The notes beneath the pieces were generated by a model. The model did no database searches. It worked only from the letters and a program-made list of their open reading frames with translations, and was not told the origin of the DNA. The position numbers and the translations under genes are program-made. A stretch of DNA of 64,000 bases from an uncultured Chloroflexia bacterium (GTDB taxonomy: Bacteria; Chloroflexota; Limnocylindria; Limnocylindrales; CSP1-4), in contig CAWHDR010000001.1 in NCBI GenBank assembly GCA_963828165.1, positions 2,496,001 through 2,560,000 of the forward strand, read 5' to 3'. Numbering within the stretch: the stretch's first letter is position 1; every line of letters starts with the position of its first letter. Shown piece after piece: positions 56,914 to 64,000 of this stretch.

Positions 56914-58529
56914 CCGCGCCTTCGCGGACGGTGGGGGAGGCCGCGTCTTTGCGCAAAGACGGAGCCCGACCGTTTGTGCGGATCCTCGTCGCGAACCGGG
57001 GAGAGATCGCCCTTCGCATCATTCGCACCTGTCGCGATCTCGGCATAGAGACCGTCGCGGTTTTCTCGGACGCTGATTCCCAAGCGGCTCACGTCGGGGC
57101 GGCCGACTCGGCCGTGCGCCTGGGCCCGGCGCCGGCGACGGAGAGCTACCTTCGCGCCGACGCGATCGTCGAGGCCGCCCTCTCGACGGGTGCCGAGGCG
57201 ATCCACCCCGGCTACGGGTTCTTGTCGGAACGCGCGGCGTTCGCGCGGGCGGTGATCGACGCCGGTCTGACGTTCATCGGACCGGCGCCCGACGCGATCG
57301 ATGCCCTCGGGGACAAGCTGACGGCACGCCGGACGGCGAAGGATGCCGGCGTCCCGGTGGTGCCGGGGACGTACGAGGCCGCGGCTGTCGATCGACCCGA
57401 CGAGGCGGCAGCTGTCGTCGCGGCGGCCGAGGACGTCGGCTTTCCGTTGCTCGTGAAAGCCTCGGCGGGCGGCGGGGGCCGGGGCATGCGACGCGTCACG
57501 AGAGCGGCGGATCTGCCAGCCGCGTTGGCGGCGGGGGCGGCGGAGGCGCTTGCGGCATTCGGCGATGGCGCGGTCTACCTCGAGCGGGAGGTACGCCCGG
57601 CTCGCCATATCGAGGTGCAACTGCTCGGCGACGCGGACGGCACGATCGTGGCCCTCGGGGAGCGCGATTGCTCGATCCAGCGCCGACACCAGAAGCTCGT
57701 GGAGGAATCACCGGCGCCCGGACTGTCACCAGACGAACGAGCCGAGCTGCACGATCTCGCCATCCGCGCTGCGGTCGCGGCGAAGCTCCACAACGCCGCG
57801 ACGGCCGAGTTCCTCTTCGACACCGACCGGCGGTTCTGGTTCCTGGAGGTCAACGCGCGCCTCCAGGTCGAGCACGGGGTGACCGAGCTCGTGACGGACC
57901 TCGACCTTGTCGCAGAACAGCTGTGGATCGCGGCGGGGGCACCGTTGTCGGAGGCGGTCCTGACCGCGGCGGCGAATGCGCTGACCCCGACCCGCCACGC
58001 CATCGAGGTCCGGCTGGCCGCCGAGGATCCGGCCCGCGAATTCGCACCGTCGCCGGGACGCGTGGGGGAGTGGCGGATGCCATCGGGTCCCGGGGTTCGC
58101 GTGGACACGGCGCTCCGTGCGGGGGAGCGCGTGCCGCCCGACTACGATCCGTTGATCGCCAAGATCATGACGGTCGCCCCCGACCGGGGAAGCGCCATCG
58201 ACCGGATGCGGAGGGCGCTGGACGAAGTCGCCGTGACCGGCATCCAGACGACCCTACCATTCGATCGCGCGCTCATGCGCGACCGGGCCTTTGCCGCGGG
58301 CGACCTATCGACGGGCTGGGTGGAGGCGCGCTGGGACGGCGAGACGCGCCGGTCCGAAGCGTTGACACGGGCTGCCCGGGCCGCGGCAGGCGCCGCCGAT
58401 GCGGTGCTCGTCGAAGGTGCCAGGTCCGCCGCGCAAGCGGAGAAGGACCCGTCTTTGCGCAAAGACGGCAGCCCGTCGGCCTGGCGGGACGCTGGCCGCC
58501 AGGCCGCGGCCGATCGCTGGCCTCGATGA
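56910..58529 (+). CDS. accC: Biotin carboxylase subunit
   Basis: [52 protein letters not shown]. Confidence 0.92.
   Translation: MTAPSRTVGEAASLRKDGARPFVRILVANRGEIALRIIRTCRDLGIETVAVFSDADSQAAHVGAADSAVRLGPAPATESYLRADAIVEAALSTGAEAIHPGYGFLSERAAFARAVIDAGLTFIGPAPDAIDALGDKLTARRTAKDAGVPVVPGTYEAAAVDRPDEAAAVVAAAEDVGFPLLVKASAGGGGRGMRRVTRAADLPAALAAGAAEALAAFGDGAVYLEREVRPARHIEVQLLGDADGTIVALGERDCSIQRRHQKLVEESPAPGLSPDERAELHDLAIRAAVAAKLHNAATAEFLFDTDRRFWFLEVNARLQVEHGVTELVTDLDLVAEQLWIAAGAPLSEAVLTAAANALTPTRHAIEVRLAAEDPAREFAPSPGRVGEWRMPSGPGVRVDTALRAGERVPPDYDPLIAKIMTVAPDRGSAIDRMRRALDEVAVTGIQTTLPFDRALMRDRAFAAGDLSTGWVEARWDGETRRSEALTRAARAAAGAADAVLVEGARSAAQAEKDPSLRKDGSPSAWRDAGRQAAADRWPR
56945..56960. promoter_or_regulatory. 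16-bp palindrome copy 3 (perfect), in the accC 5' extension
   Basis: cGTCTTTGCGCAAAGACg. Confidence 0.55.
58451..58466. promoter_or_regulatory. 16-bp palindrome copy 4 (perfect, 20 bp with flanks), in the accC 3' extension
   Basis: ccGTCTTTGCGCAAAGACgg. Confidence 0.55.
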
Positions 58530-59013
58530 CACGCGCGTCTGGCGGCGGAGCACGACGAGTCACGCTCGCGCCCGCGTCCGCCCACCCGGGCGACGAGCCC
58601 GTGACCATCACGCCGGATCCGACGGCCGATGACCGGTCCGACGTCGTCGTCGGCGCCGTGGGGCCCCTCGATCGTGATGGCCGCCTGGGCGTCGAGATCG
58701 TCGTCGGGGGCTGGCGCTTCGAACTGCTCGTCGAGGACGAGGCCAGGGCCGCCCTCCGAGAGCGTGCCTCGCGTGACCCGACCGCCGGCGGAGCCGCTGG
58801 TGGGCCCCTGGAGATCCGTGCCATCATCCCCGGCAGGATCGCGTCCGTGGCCGTCGCTCCCGGCGACACCGTCGAAGCCGGCCAGACCCTGCTCGCGGTG
58901 GAGGCCATGAAGATGCAGAACGAACTGCGGGCACCACGGGCGGGCACCGTGACTCGGGTGCCCGTCGGCGCGGGCTCCACCGTGGAGCTCGGCGACGTTC
59001 TCGTGGTCCTCGA

Positions 59014-59017
<4 letters not shown>
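58526..59017 (+). CDS. Biotin carboxyl carrier protein
   Basis: EAMKMQNE biotinylation motif. Confidence 0.92.
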
Positions 59018-60711
<1,694 letters not shown>

Positions 60712-60761
60712 ACGCGGGAGCGGAGGCGAACACAGATGACGCACCGACTCGAGCAGGGATC

Positions 60762-61229
60762 GTGAGCGCCGGACGGCCGCTGCCGGCGCGCATCCGATCG
60801 CTCGGCAAGATCCATCACGTGGCCCTCATCGTGGCCTCGATCGAGACCGCCCTGGGTCTGTGGCGCGACATGCTCGGACTCGAGCTCGAGACGATCATGG
60901 ACATCGAGCAGGACCAGGTCCGCATCGCCTTCCTCACGGTCGGGGAGTCCAAGATCGAGCTCGTCGAGCCGACGGACGACACGACGGGCGTGGCCCGCTT
61001 CCTCGCCGCCAAGGGCGAGGGGTTCCACCACGTGTGTTTCGAGGTGCCGAACCTGACGGAGACGCTCCTGCGGCTCGAGATGGACGGCCTCGAGCTGATC
61101 GACACGGCACCGCGCAAGGGCGCCGAGGGGCCCGTGGCCTTCATCCATCCGCGCTCGTGCCACGGAGTGCTGGTCGAGCTGATCGAGGCTCCCGGTGGAC
61201 CCGCCTGGACGGCGCTCGGGTTCGGCTGA
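60762..61229 (+). CDS. mce: Methylmalonyl-CoA epimerase
   Basis: [27 protein letters not shown]...GVLVEL. Confidence 0.92.
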   Translation: MSAGRPLPARIRSLGKIHHVALIVASIETALGLWRDMLGLELETIMDIEQDQVRIAFLTVGESKIELVEPTDDTTGVARFLAAKGEGFHHVCFEVPNLTETLLRLEMDGLELIDTAPRKGAEGPVAFIHPRSCHGVLVELIEAPGGPAWTALGFG

Positions 61230-61279
61230 GCTATCCTCGGGCGGCAACCATCCCGCAGCGCAATCCGGAGGAGCCCTCG

Positions 61280-61600
61280 ATGATCATCTCCACGACGCCC
61301 ACCCTCGAGGGACGCCCGATCGCCGAGTACCGCGGCCTGGTGACAGGGGAGGCGATCCTGGGCGCGAACATCTTCAAGGACCTGTTCGCCGGCATCCGTG
61401 ACATCGTCGGCGGGCGCTCGGGTGCCTACGAGCAGGAGCTCAACAAGGCGCGCTCGATCGCCGTCGAGGAGATGACGGCCGCCGCGGTCGCGCTGGGCGC
61501 CGACGCGGTCGTGGGCGTGGACCTCGACTACGAGACCGTCGGCCAAGGCGGCTCGATGCTGATGGTCACCGCCTCGGGCACGGCGGTCCGCCTGGGCTGA
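61280..61600 (+). CDS. YbjQ/UPF0145 family protein
   Basis: [35 protein letters not shown]. Confidence 0.92.
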   Translation: MIISTTPTLEGRPIAEYRGLVTGEAILGANIFKDLFAGIRDIVGGRSGAYEQELNKARSIAVEEMTAAAVALGADAVVGVDLDYETVGQGGSMLMVTASGTAVRLG

Positions 61601-61639
61601 CAGCCGGCAGAGAGCCCGGGGTCATGCGACGGGCGACTT

Positions 61640-61906
61640 TCAGTCGCGGAAGGCGCGCGAGTTCTTGGTTCGCTCTTCCTTCGAGGGCTTGGGCTCGCGT
61701 CCCGGGCGCGGCGGTCGCGGCGGCGTGCCCGGCGCCATCGGGGGCGGCGGCTCGACCGGGCCGCGGGCCCGAGCGGCCTGGACGGCGGTCGTGAAGGCCT
61801 TGGCCGTGTCCGGGGCGAGGCTGCCCAACCAGGCGGCCTCGATCTCCTTGACCCGAATGGTCTCGGCGGCGCGTCGTTCGCGCTCGGCGCGGGAGTGCTT
61901 GGTCAT
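61640..61906 (-). CDS. Small basic Pro-rich hypothetical protein
   Basis: GAGGA RBS; 88-aa GC3-biased ORF. Confidence 0.6.
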   Translation of the reverse strand: MTKHSRAERERRAAETIRVKEIEAAWLGSLAPDTAKAFTTAVQAARARGPVEPPPPMAPGTPPRPPRPGREPKPSKEERTKNSRAFRD

Positions 61907-62009
61907 CGGTCGTCCTCGATAGCTCTGGAAGATGGGCCGGACGGGTTGACGTCTTCCGTCCGTGAAAAGCTCGAATGGGAAGTGTACGCCCGATCAGCCG
62001 GGCGCCGGC

Positions 62010-62894
62010 TCAGCCGCGGTAGCCGGCGTCGCGCAGCAGGCCCGGCAACTCGGTCGGGGAGCCGGCGACGCGGAACCCGGCCGCCTCGAGTGCCTCCACC
62101 TTGGAGGCCGCCGTCCCTGCGCCGCCGCTGATGATCGCCCCGGCGTGGCCCATGCGCTTGCCCTCGGGTGCGGTCCGGCCGGCGATGAACGCGACCTTGG
62201 GCACGTCCCGGAGGTGCTCGCCGGCCCAGGCCGCGGCCACCTCCTCGGATGCGCCACCGATCTCGCCGATGAGCACGATCGCATCGGTCTCGTCGTCCGC
62301 CGCGAACAGTTGGAGCACGTCGAGGAAGGTCGTGCCGATGATGGGATCTCCACCGATCCCGACACAGGTCGACTGGCCGAGTCCGGCGTCCGTCATCGCC
62401 TGGACGGCCTCGTAGGTCAGCGTGCCGGACCGGCTCACGACGCCGACCCGGCCCTCCCGATGGATGTCGCCCGGGATGATCCCGACCTTGGCCCGGCCCG
62501 GGGACGTCGCGCCAGGACAGTTCGGGCCGATGAGGCGGGCGCCGCGGGCGCGCACGACCTCCACGGCGGGGATCATGTCGAGCGCCGGGATGCCCTCCGT
62601 GATGCAGAAGATCGTGGCGATCCCGGCCGTGGCGGCCTCCATGACCGCATCCGGGGCCCCGGCGGCCGGGACGAAGATCAGGGACGTGTTCGCGCCGGTC
62701 TCGCGGACGGCTTCGGTGACGGTATCGAAGACGGGGACCGCGCCGTCGAGGGCGGTCTGGCCGCCCTTGCCCGGGGTCACGCCCGCGACGATGTTCGTGC
62801 CGTACTCGAGGGACGCCTGAGCGTGGAATCCGCCCTCCCGCCCGGTGATGCCCTGCACGACGAGGCGGGTCTCGCGTCCGACGAGGATGCTCAT
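62010..62894 (-). CDS. sucD: Succinyl-CoA synthetase alpha subunit
   Basis: [32 protein letters not shown]. Confidence 0.96.
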   Translation of the reverse strand: MSILVGRETRLVVQGITGREGGFHAQASLEYGTNIVAGVTPGKGGQTALDGAVPVFDTVTEAVRETGANTSLIFVPAAGAPDAVMEAATAGIATIFCITEGIPALDMIPAVEVVRARGARLIGPNCPGATSPGRAKVGIIPGDIHREGRVGVVSRSGTLTYEAVQAMTDAGLGQSTCVGIGGDPIIGTTFLDVLQLFAADDETDAIVLIGEIGGASEEVAAAWAGEHLRDVPKVAFIAGRTAPEGKRMGHAGAIISGGAGTAASKVEALEAAGFRVAGSPTELPGLLRDAGYRG

Positions 62895-64000
62895 GCCGAC
62901 GCCCGCTCGCCCCGGGACGCGGCCACGGCCTTGGCGGCCGCCTCATCCAGCGATGCCGCCGTCTGGAAACGGGCTTCCTCGAGCAGGACGGCGGCCTCCG
63001 CGGCGTTCGTCCCCACGATCCGTACGACCATCGGGACGTCCCGGGTCTGCTGGGCGCGCGCCTCGATCAAGCCACGAGCGACCTCATCCCCGCGGGTGAT
63101 GCCGCCAAAGATGTTGACGAGGATCGCGTTGACCTTGGGGTCGGCCAGGATGAGGCGCATCGCCGCCGCGACCTTGTCCGCGCGTGCGCCACCACCGATG
63201 TCGAGAAAGTTGGCCGGTTCGCCGCCTGCCCGTTTCACGAGATCCATCGTGGCCATCGCGAGGCCCGCGCCGTTGACCATGCAGCCGATCGTCCCGTCGA
63301 GCTTGATGAACGTGAGGCCGGCCTCGCGGGCCTCCTTGTCTTCGGGTGCCTCCTCGTCGGGATCGCGCAGGTCCTCGAGGCCGGGATGCCGGTCGAGAGC
63401 GGAGTCGTCCAGCGTGATCTTCGCGTCGAGACAGACGAGTCGCTCGACCGTGGCGCCGTCAGGGCCGGCCTCACGAACGATGGCCAGCGGGTTGATCTCG
63501 ACGAGGTCGGCGTCGTATGCCTTCATCGTGGTCACGAGTCCCTTGGCGATCGCGACCGCTGCCTTCAGGTGAGCTCCGAGGCCCATCGCGAAGGCCAGCT
63601 CGCGGGCTCCGAAGTCCTGGAGTCCCAGCAGCGGGTGCGCGTGGCGCCGGATGATGGCCTCGGGGCTCGTCTCGGCCACGGCCTCGATCTCGACGCCGCC
63701 CTCGGCCGAGCCCATCATCAGGATCCCGCGCTCCGCGCGGTCGAGCACCGCCGCGAGATAGAACTCCTTGACGATGTCCGCGGCCGGCCCGACCAGGACC
63801 TTGCGCACGGTCATGCCCTTGATGTCCATCCCGATGATCTGCGACGCGACAGCCTCCGCTTCGTCCGCGGAGCCAGCGAGTTTCACGCCGCCGGCCTTTC
63901 CGCGCCCTCCGACGAGGACCTGCGCCTTGATGACGACCTTGTCCGCACCCGCGCCGAGAAACCGTTCCGCGGCCGCCCGCGCCTCGGTCGCGGTGTGGGC
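62891..64000 (-). CDS. sucC: Succinyl-CoA synthetase beta subunit; 5' end outside the window
   Basis: [50 protein letters not shown]. Confidence 0.95.
   Translation of the reverse strand, partial: AHTATEARAAAERFLGAGADKVVIKAQVLVGGRGKAGGVKLAGSADEAEAVASQIIGMDIKGMTVRKVLVGPAADIVKEFYLAAVLDRAERGILMMGSAEGGVEIEAVAETSPEAIIRRHAHPLLGLQDFGARELAFAMGLGAHLKAAVAIAKGLVTTMKAYDADLVEINPLAIVREAGPDGATVERLVCLDAKITLDDSALDRHPGLEDLRDPDEEAPEDKEAREAGLTFIKLDGTIGCMVNGAGLAMATMDLVKRAGGEPANFLDIGGGARADKVAAAMRLILADPKVNAILVNIFGGITRGDEVARGLIEARAQQTRDVPMVVRIVGTNAAEAAVLLEEARFQTAASLDEAAAKAVAASRGERASA

Noticed and set aside
63232-63247. cGTTTCACGAGATCCa as a canonical parS
   Set aside because: Only one half-site matches, and it lies in conserved sucC coding sequence
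63797-63812. GACCTTGCGCACGGTC as a fifth copy of the 16-bp palindrome
   Set aside because: Five mismatches to the consensus; explained by ordinary codons

Overview
High-GC bacterial chromosomal window of mostly housekeeping and accessory genes, with no integrase, transposase, CRISPR array or rRNA. Gene content resembles high-GC Chloroflexota such as Limnocylindria; this is an inference and was not checked. Main blocks: a REP-like repeat cluster (1.7-2.5 kb), glycosyltransferases, an ECF sigma/anti-sigma pair divergent from an HtrA protease, a sugar ABC operon with GH18, glycoamylase-like and GH39 hydrolases, a DEAD-box helicase, an orphan cytochrome b, modAB, dnaG-rpoD, tRNA-Asn, a MerR-ArsC fusion, a LemA/GIDE/LiaF-like envelope cluster, parAB, a propionyl-CoA carboxylase/methylmalonyl-CoA mutase/epimerase operon, and sucCD. 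The strongest candidate for an undescribed system is a ParABS module with altered specificity. Its ParB lacks the canonical parS-recognition residues, and a non-canonical 16-bp palindrome (GTCTTTGCGCAAAGAC) occurs four times at about 1.5-kb intervals in and beside parAB, near DnaA boxes. Six conserved genes each carry a single apparent +1 frameshift, most likely sequencing error. All calls come from manual reading of the sequence; no database searches were run.
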